A stretch of DNA of 64,000 bases from Lingula anatina (taxonomy: Eukaryota; Animalia; Brachiopoda). The translations under genes were made by a program, and so were the position numbers. The stretch lies in the NCBI GenBank assembly GCA_051362555.1, contig CM120640.1, positions 47,718,788 to 47,782,787 on the forward strand, read 5' to 3'. The notes under the pieces were generated by a model. That model saw nothing but the letters and a program-made list of their open reading frames with translations. It had not been told where the DNA came from and did no database searches. Shown here in pieces: positions 1-13,156 of the stretch. The first letter of the stretch is position 1; each line of letters starts with the position of its first letter.

Positions 1-1297
1 TGCTCAAAGAAATAGTAGATAGTCCAAATGTTACTAATAGTTTTGTGAAATTACTTTACATCAAAAGTCTTCTAGAGACAGCTCAGCTGAGTCGAAACGA
101 GACTTTACAAAACATGGTCAAAGATATGCTAAGACCAACATTAGACACAGCGGACATTGTAGATCCAGACTTGCGTTTATATTATTACTACCTCGCGCTG
201 ATAACGTATAAAAGAATAGATGAAGCTGAGACTGCCAAGGAATTTGCAAACGCATTCAACAGTTCCACAAACTTGCCAGCATATTCATTTCATCTTGCTC
301 GAGCTGGGATCTATGTTCGTTTAGGACTATGGAAGATGGCTCACAGCGCGATTTCAGCTGCAAATAGCCTTGTTGAAGACAGAACCATGTTTATGCAGGA
401 TTCTGGTGGAAATTACCCTCGTCTTAATTGGTTGAGAGTAAAGGAGACCAAGCATTTTATTCACCTCCAGGTAAATAGTGATGTATCTTTTTTTCCACAT
501 TCTTATGAAGATATAACTTTGTCATGAAATCGGTAAAATACATTGTAGTTCAAGTTTCATGCCTTTTGTGTTACAATGAACAACGTCAACGGTGAAATCA
601 ATATTGTATTTTTAATCAATGTTTCTTATTTTGTTTGGTACAATGGTTTCTTTGAAATTCTGAAGTGCCTTTAATTTTGAGTATCGTTGAGGGAGTGCCA
701 AGCATTTGCTCGCAAACTTTGAAAAATGAAGGGACGCTTAATGTTTAAGGTTTAGGAATCTTTTAAACGCAACTAGTGTTGGACTATGAATCTGAATCTT
801 AGATGTTTTAGGTGCGTTATGCTTTATACGTTATGCTTTTTGATTTTTATCACTGCAGTTAACCAAGCTATATAAAAAAGCTAGACAATTTTAATAGATT
901 GTTTCGATTCCATCCTCGATTTCAGCGCGGAGAGTTTGTGAAGGGACTAGAAGTTTTAAACGAAGTGAGGGAGTTCGTCGGACGGATTGGCAACGGTAGC
1001 GATCCCGTAAAACAGGCGTTCTTATATCGTATGACGTCAAGACACTATTTTGAGACTTACCAGCTGAATGTGAGTTATTATGCACTTTTTAAAAATTTAT
1101 TTTACACTTTTGATTTTTATTAATCATTTATTTTTTGCAAAAGCGGAACATTTTATCCCCTTGGGAAAAGGCGGTTCTTTCGAACAACATGAACTATGGG
1201 CCTGGGTTACAAGTGAAACTCCGATCCCATCACTGCGCTTTTGGTTTATGGTTTTTTCAATTGAGCGCCACAGGGTCGTCACTGAAGTTATTGAATC

Positions 1298-1364
<67 letters not shown>

Positions 1365-4300
1365 GCTAAAGTGAAAGTATAAGTGAAATTCCATATAATA
1401 TTGTGGACTGCCATTGAGTAATGTGAATATTTTCATCCGCGTGAATGTTACCATTGTAATTAAAACCGCATTCCTACAGAAGCACATTTAGAACTGCGTT
1501 ACTAATATTCCCTTAATATTCTTCAGCTGCCTAGTCCCTCCCTTCCAGACGTACAGCAACTGGATGAGCGTTTACCAAATGGGTTTTATACAACGTATTC
1601 TGAGGCAGCCCTGCATGTAGCAACGGCTCACAAACTGTTGAAGGAGAGCACATATGATACGAACGAAATAAAGCGTATTTCAGTCAGAGTGGACCAAATC
1701 CGGAGTCGAACCCTTCTTCATGTGAACGGATCCGAATCATTGGCTGCTCTACATTCGTTACATTTGGTCGATTATTGCAAATATCAACTAATGGCGCTCT
1801 GGGCTTATGCAAAGTAGGTACAGGTTTCACTTATGGGGCGAGTTGCAGGGCATGTGTCGTATTAAATTGGTTATCTAAATACTTATGTGCCCTTTGGTAC
1901 GGAGATATTCGACTACAAATTTGGTAAAATTTAATATTTAAAGGCTTGACAGTAAAGAAAAAAAAGCGAATTATTAACAAAAAATAATCCATTGTGCCTA
2001 ACCCTCCGTATCAAAGCCATTATCCTTTCTCCATTAAGAATCTCTTTGCTTAATCTCAGATTTCTATATTTTTAAAACTAATGCCGTCAATGTAAGCAAT
2101 ATAAAACCAATTCTTGACAAAACTGACTATGATACAAAAGTTCGGCTTTTAGGTTTCAATTTCAAAGGTTCATTATGTTTGCGTTAAACCTACTATGTTT
2201 TTCGAAATTAGTCCAAAGATTTCTTTATTTTCCTCATCTGGAAAGTAAGACAAAGAGTTTAGAAATTGAGATACATGTGTACAGAATCAGTCACTTCATC
2301 TCCTACATAATAATTCATACCATATATTATATTACGTATTTCCAAGGACGTAATAGGCCCTACATTCTTGGTATTTCTTGATTCAGTAAATCTCTACCTC
2401 AAGCCAAACGTTACCTTACCCTTGCTGCAAGAATTGAAGAAGTCCTTCTTCGCACAGCGTTTTCAATGGAGCCTACCATTTTGTTTTTGCCTTCAATGGA
2501 ACTGTACGGGGATATGATGCAGCAGATGTACAGTGAAGAACAAGGGTCATCCAAAAATACGTTCAAGGGCCCTGCTCTTCACATTCAGGCTTACTACCAA
2601 TTAGCCCTTGATCTATATCCTAATCGTCCAAGTACGTATTTCAGTATTAAATCTCACAAAAATTTCTAGAATTTTTTTATTATTAAGTTAATTTATATGC
2701 ATATTACTTTTTTCAGAATGTGAATTTAAAAAAATAATTACGTTGACAATAACATTCAACCGTACGTGTCTCAAGAATTTGAAAATGAAATATTTTTTCA
2801 CAATGTATAAAATAATTTGTATTTATAAAACAAAACGAAGCATTTTGTCTTGGATTTTTTAAAAAAGAAAATGACTCTTGTACGTGCCCGTAAATAAAAT
2901 GGCGTCACTTTGAAAGGCAGTGCTATATCTACTTTCATTTCTATCTAGGCACTGTATACAGAATTGCCAAAATATTTGGAGATGCTGATATGGCGGTTTA
3001 TTACATACCGGTGGCTGTCAAGTGGTATACCAAGACCAAGGATAACTGGGTAGACGCCGATACAACATTTGACGGGTTAAGAGAAGCCCAAATATACATC
3101 GAATCCAAGAACCCACCAGATAGGCTGAACCTGGTCATCGGCCTAGGTGTGGGAGCAGTAGGTCTTGTGATCATTGTTGTTGTGGTAAGTGACAACTCCA
3201 ATACATTTACACAATTTCAAGTTTTCTTTTCGATTTACCTGTGCATCCACGAATAAATACAGACCACAAACATAAATATAAGAATAGTCAAATATATACG
3301 AGAATAATATTTATCCTGTAGAATCCTCGCACAAAAGTGTTTTTGCTCATCAGTCTTAAGTCTTACATGTAGGTTCAAGAGAAGGAAAAAATCGAAGGCG
3401 TTCGTTTTGTGATTTTTATGGATCAAATCAGCTATGAAAACCTTTACAACCTAACGTGTGCTTGCATAATGGACATGTTTACGCTTGTTTTAACTAATTT
3501 ACACACTAATGCACAGTTCAAACCATATTTTAGATAGATTATAGGTTTTGATTCTTTCATGGAAGAAATACATTTTGATAGGATATTTTTCTTTAAAAGG
3601 GAAATTTATCCCGATTTCGAGAGAGAGAGAGAGAGAGAGACCCTTGCAATTCTTATATCTTTTTTCCCTTTTTGTTGTAATTTCTTTTGTAGATAGTTGC
3701 ATGCTGCAGAAAAGACAAAGAAGATTTCAACTACAACAACAATGGCATTGAGGCAGTAAATCGCAGAAATAACAAAGACGCCAAGAGAGTAACCAAAGAC
3801 GATGTTGCGACCACCTCACGCATATATGACACCCCTGAAATATACGATGCGAGGCAGTTTGAAAGCGCCAACAGCGATGGGACCGCTTCTCGCAAGCCGG
3901 AGTACAAAAACTTAAGTGAACCAGTACAGTCACAGCGGCCACAATACGATGATACAGCTGCAGCAGTCCCAACAGTGATTGTCACTGACGAAGATGTTGG
4001 CGCTGGAGTGTCGGAAATGACCGTATCGCAAACCTACTTCGATGACACCGCAACCGACCAAACAATGAGCTTCGAGCGCCATTATAACACGGCGGGGATG
4101 TCAACTTTCTCAGACAGCCCCCGTGCAACAGAAGGGACAATGACAATGGCAGCTATGGATAAACCCGACCCACACGATTCTAATGATGACGATGATGGCG
4201 AAGATGATAACCACCACACCTGGGATGAAGATTCCAAGCCTCTAATAAATATCGTCAACGTCGACGACGCGGCCGACAGCGAACGAGAAGAGGCTCCCCC

Positions 4301-4769
4301 GCCAGTGTACACCCCTGGTTTCCATGATCTCGACACTGTGATTGCATCTCAAGAGGGTAATACCGATGACATGTCTGACGATAACAACAGAGCGGACCGT
4401 TATGATTCCCAACCTGCCGAGAGGGAAACTTTGGGGAGCGAAGGGCGTGTGAATAACGGTGATGACAACGACGCCACGGGCTTCGATGATCTCGATAATG
4501 TCATAGCATCGCAAGGTGATGATGACGCGGCTGGTGATAACCAACCTGCCGAGCCTGAAACCTCCATGACTGGCGGGACGATAGATCACGGCGATGATAA
4601 CACCTACGATGACCGCGATAGCAATGGGTCTTCATTTAGGAACTCGTTCCCGCCGCCACCGCCTGAAATTGATATAGAAATCGAGGATGCACCGGTTCGA
4701 AGATATGATGATGATGACGATGATGAAAACCAGTGGGTAACATCGCTTGATGATGAGCGACGTTATTGA
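1..4769 (+). CDS. 5'-truncated multi-exon gene: type I transmembrane protein with TPR-like helical ectodomain and long acidic cytoplasmic tail
   Basis: Phase-consistent GT-AG exons <1-470, 926-1069, 1527-1813, 2387-2631, 2949-3184, 3693-4769. Spliced reading includes ...HFIHLQ|RGEFVKGLEVL...LPSMELYGDMM...YQLALDLYPNRP|STVYRIAK...WVDADTTFDGLREA, a TM segment LNLVIGLGVGAVGLVIIVVV|IVACC followed by RKDK, and a D/E-rich tail. AATAAA at 4793-4798. Confidence 0.8.
1305..1361. repeat. (AT)n microsatellite, intronic
   Basis: Uninterrupted AT dinucleotide run; explains the spurious IYIYIY ORFs. Confidence 0.95.
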
Positions 4770-7012
4770 TGACAATGATGTTATTGCTGTTCAATAAAGA
4801 TTAAACAGTGCGCTTTTCTGCTTATATGTAATTCTTAGAGATACAATTGACAAGTTTACACTTGCCAAGAATGAAGCGTTAATGTGGTGCCTTGGGCGTT
4901 AGTTGCAGCAGTATTGCATTCGGTCGTGGTCATTTATTAATCGGAAATATACCTAAAACAGCAATTTCACTATTTTGGACCGATTACGTAGGACCGTCTA
5001 TAACTACGTTCCGGTATCCGTTACCTTCGACAATCTAAACATTACGAGAAACAGTACGAGAAAGGTAAATAAGTCATCGTAGTGGAAAATTTAAAAGCAT
5101 CCGACAGAACCGTCAGATTGGCTACTATTTAGAACATATTATAAGAGAAAGAGATGTGAACAGATGGGAAGTGTTAAATTGCTATTTTTATGTGGCAAGG
5201 ATGGACCTCTCAAGAACTTGAACTTCCGTTTTCATTGGTTTTAACCCATTAGAATATTCTCTTTTAAATATTAAAAACTTGATATTGACTGTGAATTTTA
5301 AATGCCGCTAATCCATGGGAATTTGAAGGTTGCAGGCTAAATATACTTATAAGTAAAATAATAGGCCTATTTAAGGAAAATGTACATCCCTGAAAAATAT
5401 ACATAATTGAATTGCTTGATTGCTTTCAATAGAAATCTTGTAAAATCCTGGAAATATTGTTAAAACATTATTAAAGAATAAACGGAAATGAAGTATAGGT
5501 GTTTTGCCTTTTACTTTTTTGAAAGATGCAAAAAGCCAGTTGTTTATAATTCATCAGTAGCACGTTGATTTTAATTGGACTGGGAATTTTGCAATAGTCA
5601 AAGTGGTATCATTTTAAATGCGATCGTCGTTCTTCTATAAATTTGTACACAATTCATGTCGAACAATACAAGGAGTATTTGTGCAAAATAAACGAGGCCA
5701 TAATTGTTGAGGGCAATAACGTCAACATTTTTTGTGACAATATAAACACTGGTTGAAAAGTGCAACTGTAGGAGTAACTTACGTTCGATACAAGCCTGGC
5801 CATATCTGATCTGCTCCCAACTATAAAGCTCCTAGTACAGTGTACACAATATGAATAAAATGCCATGAGAAAATCAAGCAGGGTCCTAACATTTTCAAAT
5901 TGGTGAATTCAGTTTGAGAAGTGGGTATAATCAATGATCCAGAGAGATGCTTTGCTATAATGCTAGCAACGGAAAATCCTAAGATCACCCGAAAAATTGG
6001 AACTACGTATATACATACTGTAAGAAAAAATTGTATTTTTAAACCTGAAAATATGCATGATTTCTCACGAATTAACAATTATCTGAATTCTTCACGTTTT
6101 TATTCGTGTTCGTAGTATGTAAGGTGCCTCTGGACATTTCTACCAGTACAGGCTGTCTAAAAACAAACTTGAAAGATTTTAACCATCTAAAAATGCAATT
6201 ATTCCCACCATTTTTTTCTCTTTTTGTTGTGACAATGTTGAGCAGCATGTTCGCTCCAATGTTGTTTTCGTCTGTGTAAACCGACCATGATCAAACATAA
6301 AACCTTAATTCTTTCTCACTCTGTCGTCATTTGTATCGTTACTAAGAAAGAGAACGCAAGATACGTTGAATCACGCCTATTAAAATAATCTTTATTATTA
6401 TGAACATATTCAAGGACATAATCTCGAGGCTGACAGCTTTTTTTCTTTCAACACTTGTATCTAGTTTTCAAATACAACACACAAAAGAATGTTTCAAATA
6501 TGATATGCCCACTTGAATAAAAGAAGAAAAAAAACAAGAACACGGAATTCTTTAGTAAAAATGTGAAACATTTCCAGCTTTTGATTTGTTACATGTAACT
6601 GTCGTCAAGATGAAATACACAGGTAGGTATACTAGAAAATACATGGATTTTTTTAAAGTTTATTTTCTACTCCAGATGGGTATGGGAACTAAGTAAATGG
6701 ACAAATAAACTATATAAATGCTCGAGTAACCTATCTAAAGTTTTGAAAGATGTTTTTTCTCAATATGAAACACGCCAGTTGGCAAATATTTTCTAAGCAT
6801 CTTTTTCGGGAAATCCGATCGAATGTAGGATAACATTTTAATTTTTTCACAAACAAGTACTTCATTTTGACTCAAAAAAATTGCAGGTATTAAGAAAAAA
6901 CTTTTCAGTGTGGAATCTACAAACAGATTTCCGCAAGTCCATTTCGCAAGTAAAAGATATATTTGCTGACATACTGGTCATCGAAATTTCATCTATATTT
7001 TCACGTTTTCAT

Positions 7013-10000
7013 TTACCCGGACGGACATCTACAAGGTCGATTCCGCATGTCAATCTCGCAGATAAAGTGGTAGCTGCTGCCACAGTTTTCGTCTGCCCAT
7101 TGCCAGTTGTAGGCAGGCCAGAAAGCCACGCACTGTGCGCCGCCACTGTTTGGCTGAGAACTCTGAAAGTCTGAGAACTGCCAGTTTCGGTATCGCTTGG
7201 AGATATACTGCCATCCTGAGTTGTCTGCATTGTGGTCGTAACCGTCGATATACCAGAAATTATCAGTGTAAGCTGGAAAATAAGTTAAGTGTAATAGGCT
7301 GGATAATTATAACATGGAGTGTGCTAATGATGATGACATCGAAGAAAATCACAGTGACGGCTTAAAAATATGAAGGTAAGAAAAGCATTGTTTTTTTTTC
7401 AAGACGTATCTTTCGGTTTTATTGGAAAATTCTCAGGGAAAGTTGGCAGCAAAAACTGTCCTGTACCTTAATTGATGGCTGCGGACATCACCTGATTCTA
7501 ACTGCCATGTTTCCTTTTTTCTCATTCTATTCATTCACTCAAGAAAAATTCATTCACCCCCCCCCCCCCACACACACACACATGGCAACGCGCGCTCGCA
7601 CAAACACGTAGAACACGATCAGTGGTACTCCACACACAAACTTACAGGGATTGTCGCGGACCGTTTGTTTCAGCATCTCGTTTTCGGCAGAATCTTCGAT
7701 CACGGCAATATCAGAACCGGGATAATCGGCCTGACACGCCGTACGGGAGGCAGCAAACGTCTTCAAACTTGTATCAAATCTGTAGCAAGAACATCGCCAG
7801 AGAAAATACCCGCTGGGGCACTGACAAACTGGAATGAGATGAACGCCTTACTATACTCAGAAGATGAAATGGTGTAGCCACGTTTATTAAAAATAGACTA
7901 TTATTAGTGGTATCACGAACCATTATCCAGGAGACACTATCACTCCCCCCCCTCACCCCCCCCCCCCCCCCCCCCCACACACAATTACTGAATGGACTAT
8001 GTATTAGCTTGATAGATAATGATAATAATATAATAAAAGTACAGTATATAATCATCCTAATTATCACTGTCTTTCTTTTGAATGTCGTTGCACTGAATTG
8101 TGGAAATAATCGAAATATAAAAAAAAAAAGTCTGCCAAAAAGACAACATTCGATTGCACGCAGTACGGCAAAATTTGGTGTGAAACATGAAATGTGACTA
8201 TCGAAAACAAGCATACATACAAAACCTAGCATCAAAATAAGTAAATAAAAAACAAACATCCAAACACTCAAATGAAGAAAGAAAAGAAAAATTAGCAGCA
8301 ATTACGTGTAGCATTATTCTCTCTGCAGGCAGTGTATGCCACGCGGTCTCCACTCATGGCTCCTGCAGTATATGATAAAGCTGCTGCCGATCCGGACAGT
8401 GAAGCGACACACTTCTGGACCCCGCACTGGTGAAAACCAAAGGTGTTTCCATTGGTTCCTCCGCTCGCTGAGTTGATACCGAAGGCGGAATTTACCAATG
8501 AAGCGATGTTGGAGGATGGATTGCAGCTAAGGGTGTCGCGTATGTTGATGTCATCGTTGTAGTCTGATTCACACCTGATGAAAATATACATAATATGTAA
8601 AAAGTGTATTTTGTTCACATCTTAGGCCTACTTATGTTATTCTTAATAAAACCTTTACATTAGTTTCGTATCAAATGCAATGGCGACCTAAACAAATTAT
8701 TTGTTGACTATTAGGGTATAAAAAGCAAATTTTAAAAGAAGTTACTAGCTAGTAAGTATATGAAGTTGACAGTATAATCTTACTAAACTACCGGGTTAAA
8801 AGAATGCATAATGCATATGGTTAAACACAAACGCAAAACAGAACTCGATCAAAACAAAAACAGAAGTAACCTTAAATATTCCGTGCTGGAGGTAGTGATA
8901 TGCGGCCTGGAACACCCAGTGGGGGAAAAGGGCCCCAAGAAACTGCAGAGGTTTTTGTATTCCGTGCAACAGTCTCCACTGGAGCACATGCCGTCTTCGG
9001 GGAGGAGGACCTTCACCGCCAGGAAGTCGTAGTTGCCGTACGTGGTGCGCATAGTATCCAGAACCTTGAAGGAGGTTGGGTTGGTGCCTGAAAAAAGTAT
9101 GCGGATAACATAGGCTGCGCTTATGGGAGTGGAGTGTCGTTTATGAAAAGATGGAACGTGTATCCGTTGCACTCCTTTCACCATTTTTCTTTTTAGCAAA
9201 AGAGCCTACATATATTTGGGTCTGAAAAAACAAATACGAAAGTAGAAATCTTTGGAGATTTTCAAGATTTAAAAAATTCTCAACCCTTTCTTCTCCTTTG
9301 AAATGTCATTTTGATAAACTCACCAAGTTGAAAATAACACAAAGCAACAGAAAAAACTGTGAAATCATGTGGGAAAGACTATACGAAAAAAATCATTATC
9401 ATTTGTTTACTTTACATATGAAGTAGCCTCTATGATTTTAATGAAGAGAAAAATAAAGGTTAGGTACGACGACGCCGGGCGGTCGCCGCTACAAATCGTT
9501 GTGATTTTATGTTAATGTGAGAAATGATAGATGATCACCACATCATAAAATATTGATAAAGAGTGTTGTCAATTAGTCATGAAGCCGAGTTTGATTACAG
9601 TATTCTTGTCTCAAGATGCCTGAAAATTCACAGCACTGTATCATCTCTTATGTCTCCTTCAGCTCCAGCGACTGACATAATTGTTGGTGATCATTACTAC
9701 ATCACACGAGAAAACAGTGCAGAGACAGGACTAGCACAGTTATAAAATCAATACCCTTTCCTGCCTATATGAAAAAGGAAAAAGGAAATCCTTTGTACTG
9801 ACGGTCGATTCAGGCATTTTAATTTTTCTGTCACCACATTCCTCTTGAAATGGTAAAATTTGCATTCAGCACACTATTTGTCATCTGCACCAGGCCGTTA
9901 CTGTTTAACTTCGACTTCGCGATCTATAGGAGAGCATTAGCAGGCGTCGAATATTTTTTACCTTTTTTTTTTTGGAATGCACGGAGAAATTTTTTTTGTG

Positions 10001-10930
10001 TGCCTCAAAGGGAAACTTTTGAGGTAGTACTGGGGTTCAACCCGTCCATTTTAGCTGCCTGTGTTTAAGTTTAGAAAGAAAAAATGGTCAGCTACTAAGT
10101 TGGCGGAAGACATTTACCTCTCATTTTCTACCAAGTGTGTGCAATGCACTTGCAAGTGACGTGCAATCTTGTCGAATCGTAGAACAAATTTAGCCTTATT
10201 CTCCGTTATAGAAGATGCAGCATTTGCCTTCATGCTGGTCCTAAAAGCAGCCTTTGAATTTATAAAAAATATTTCTCCTATTAAAATAGGAAAAAAAAAG
10301 GAAGAACAAAACGCTTACGTCTGTCTATCTCGCAGATGAAGCGCGAGTTCTGTCCGTTGCAGGCAAATTCATGCCAGTAGCCGCCTGGCCATCTGTCGGT
10401 GGTGCTGAGCTTGGCACAGTTTCTGTTATCGTCAAGGTGGTTAGGTCCAGCCGTGGCGCTCTCCCAGTTCGTATAGCCTGAAATATACACAGGGTACTGA
10501 GGAAGATTTTTTTTTAAAAAAATTTATCTAATTTTTTTCTCAATGTGGATGTGACCACCCCTGCGAAAATTTGTCTCATTTAACGCTCACTTACGGTTCT
10601 CAATCTGTCCTAGAACATAATGTTTTTCTCTGTTACCGAAAAACGTTCTTAATCTGTTAAGGGACATTCTGAAGGACTTCCCAAAAACATTTCTCGAATG
10701 TTACATTCATTACAGGACAACATTAGAATTATGAATAAATACACCAAATGTTTTAAAATAGATTGAAAACTGTAAGTGAACGTTAAATGAGACAAATTTT
10801 CGCAGGGGCAAAGACAGTTATAATAAGACAGCGAACAATATTGTTTGACCAAAAGCACGGTCGTTTTGCTAGGGGAAGTCACAGTATCCGTTGACATTCA
10901 CGCCGAGGAGTACGACATTTCCCCCCCCCC

Positions 10931-10977
<47 letters not shown>

Positions 10978-13156
10978 AACTAAAGGTCTACCCAAAAAGA
11001 ACTTCGACACAGTCCGCCAATAAGAATGAATCCATACCCTGAAATAGAGGTGATTTGGACCTGGTTTCATTAAGACTTGTTACCTACCTGACTCCAGTGA
11101 CGAACCCTGGCCGTACCACACCCACACTCTCTCCATATACTCGTCATTGGCTCCAATAGTGAAACCATGGGAGATACTACTGGGATCGTAATGCTCTGCG
11201 AAAAAAATAGAACTAATTCGTAAGAAGCTATTTGTGTTAAGATATAATTATGGTATATTATATTACATTAGTTAAACATCCCCCCCCGCACTCGTCCTCT
11301 GCGTCAATATGAAGGCATGATATAGGTATCCTATAAAGAAATAAAACCAAAGGCGTCAAATGCTCGATTGTTTTGAAAAATAGATGGTCACATACAATAT
11401 CAATATCATTTCATTAATTATGTAAAAAGTAAAGTATTTCGATGTGATTATGCTAAGTAAGCAATCGAATTTCCATTAACACTGAATCGTTATGCCAATG
11501 ATCGACTTGAGGAATAACAATGTACTCCGTGTCGTACAATAGGGACGATCGATCGTTGTGGCATGATATAAAAGGCAAAAAAAAAAATAGAATAAAAAAA
11601 TTCTCTAGCGTCAGACCCAGATGCTCAAAGGTGTAATGGGCCTGGTAACGTACTGAACATGGAGTTAAAAATAAAAAAAGTGTGCTTCGAGCTGGGTTGC
11701 CGCAGCTTTCCGTCCTCTAAGGGCAATCAGGATGAACTTTCGGGTAGTCACAAGGAAATGGATCTCCACAAAAGAAAAATGACCAAGGTTAAAGGGGCCA
11801 CTCAATCTCAAATTCTAAATGAATAAAGTTACGTGGTCGGAAATGTATGGAACGGAATCCTTCGTGGTGTACTTAATTCTACTGGTGATCAACTTTGATT
11901 TCTTTGCTAAGTGACAAGAGAACATGTGGCAAATTCCCACAGTTCCCACACATGAAGATCACGCGCCCATTAGTGACGCATTAGAACACAAAGTGAGGCT
12001 TCTTTTAAAAATTTTGGAGTTTGAAGTTATATATCAGGAACACTTATTTTTCACATTTTGAAGGAGACACTGAAAGTAGTATTTTTGTTCCTGCAAACAA
12101 GGAATGAAAAAGGAACTTTTGGCCAAAAAAAAAAAAAAAAAAAAAAAAATCACTTAAAACACAGCTTACCGCTTATGTAATCTACAATGAAATCGTTTTC
12201 GTCTTTGGTTGTTATTGCAACAGGATACGCGCCAAGATTAAAATTTCTGCAGTGCGTTCTTGCGTCGTTATCGTTCTTCTCGACGGTGCTGAAATAATAG
12301 CAAGACGTGCGCCAATGTACCCATCCCTCCGGACAATCTAGAAATGGAAACATGAAGCATTATAACTACAGCTGCATTGGAATCGTTGTGGTGTCACTGT
12401 GGTAGAACTACTTTTCTTTTTTTACTTTACGGACACCATCACCTTGATCAATATTAAATATTTTAAAGAAAAAAGATAAAGTACGAACCTGCCTCGTGGT
12501 ATTGTGAACAAGTATCCTGGTGGCCATGATAACTATCTTCTACCTACAAAGAGGAATATGAGATTTTCTTGTATCAATTCGTTGACTAACACGCCATATG
12601 CTACACGTCATTTGATTCAGGAGTGAAGCAGATAATATCGTACAATAAAGTTCTAAGTTTTATGCCTTATCTGTGCTCATTATATCTACTTAGATAAAAA
12701 TGATAAAAAGATAAACAAATACATTTTCTTCAAATTATTTTCTCAAAATAATTTTCTTAAAGTGAGGGAGTCAAGAACTCTATAATATATCTGGATGCAG
12801 AAGATCAAAACGCTTACCTCTTCAAAATAAGCATACCCTTGGCGATGACTTATGTAGGAGCCGTATACATCAGACCGGAGCCCCACCAGTTCACATCGAC
12901 GAGTCTCGTTAGCCGACTCTTCTGTCTCGTAGTTGTAACCTTTACAATCTGCCTCTTGTGTGCAAGCCAGACTACAGAAAGACTGCGCCTTCACATCGAA
13001 ACTTTTCAGAACTTTGGTGTGAAAAGCCACATTCTCGCTGCATCCTCCAGGTCTCTTAAAATTCCACGCAGCGTCGGCTGTTAAGACGACGCAAACGACA
13101 AAAATCCAAAGACAATGTCCTTGGTGTGTCCCCATGACGGACAACATGTTAATCAT
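7013..13156 (-). CDS. Secreted multidomain C-type lectin: signal peptide - PAN/apple - CTLD - uncharacterised Cys-rich module - CTLD (about 585 aa)
   Basis: Nine phase-consistent exons: 13156-12818, 12543-12489, 12337-12170, 11195-11088, 10477-10319, 9087-8871, 8574-8306, 7828-7646, 7272-7013 (1758 nt). PAN motif CSLACTQEADCKGYNY...CEL. CTLD1 CPEGW..SCYYF...IGAND...YTNW...WHEFAC...FICE. CTLD2 CPSGY..SCYRF...QPNSGGAQCV...WADENC...FICE. Confidence 0.85.
10558..10808. mobile_element. 251-bp MITE (non-autonomous DNA transposon) in lectin intron
   Basis: 49-bp terminal inverted repeats CCCCTGCGAAAATTTGTCTCATTTAACG... (10558-10606 vs 10760-10808, 3 mismatches), with CA on both flanks (possible 2-bp TSD). 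Confidence 0.85.

Noticed and set aside
859-925. Apparent frameshift/stop after the CAG acceptor at 858 in gene 1
   Set aside because: The acceptor at 925 restores a continuous frame (HLQ|RGEF), so a pseudogene call is not needed.
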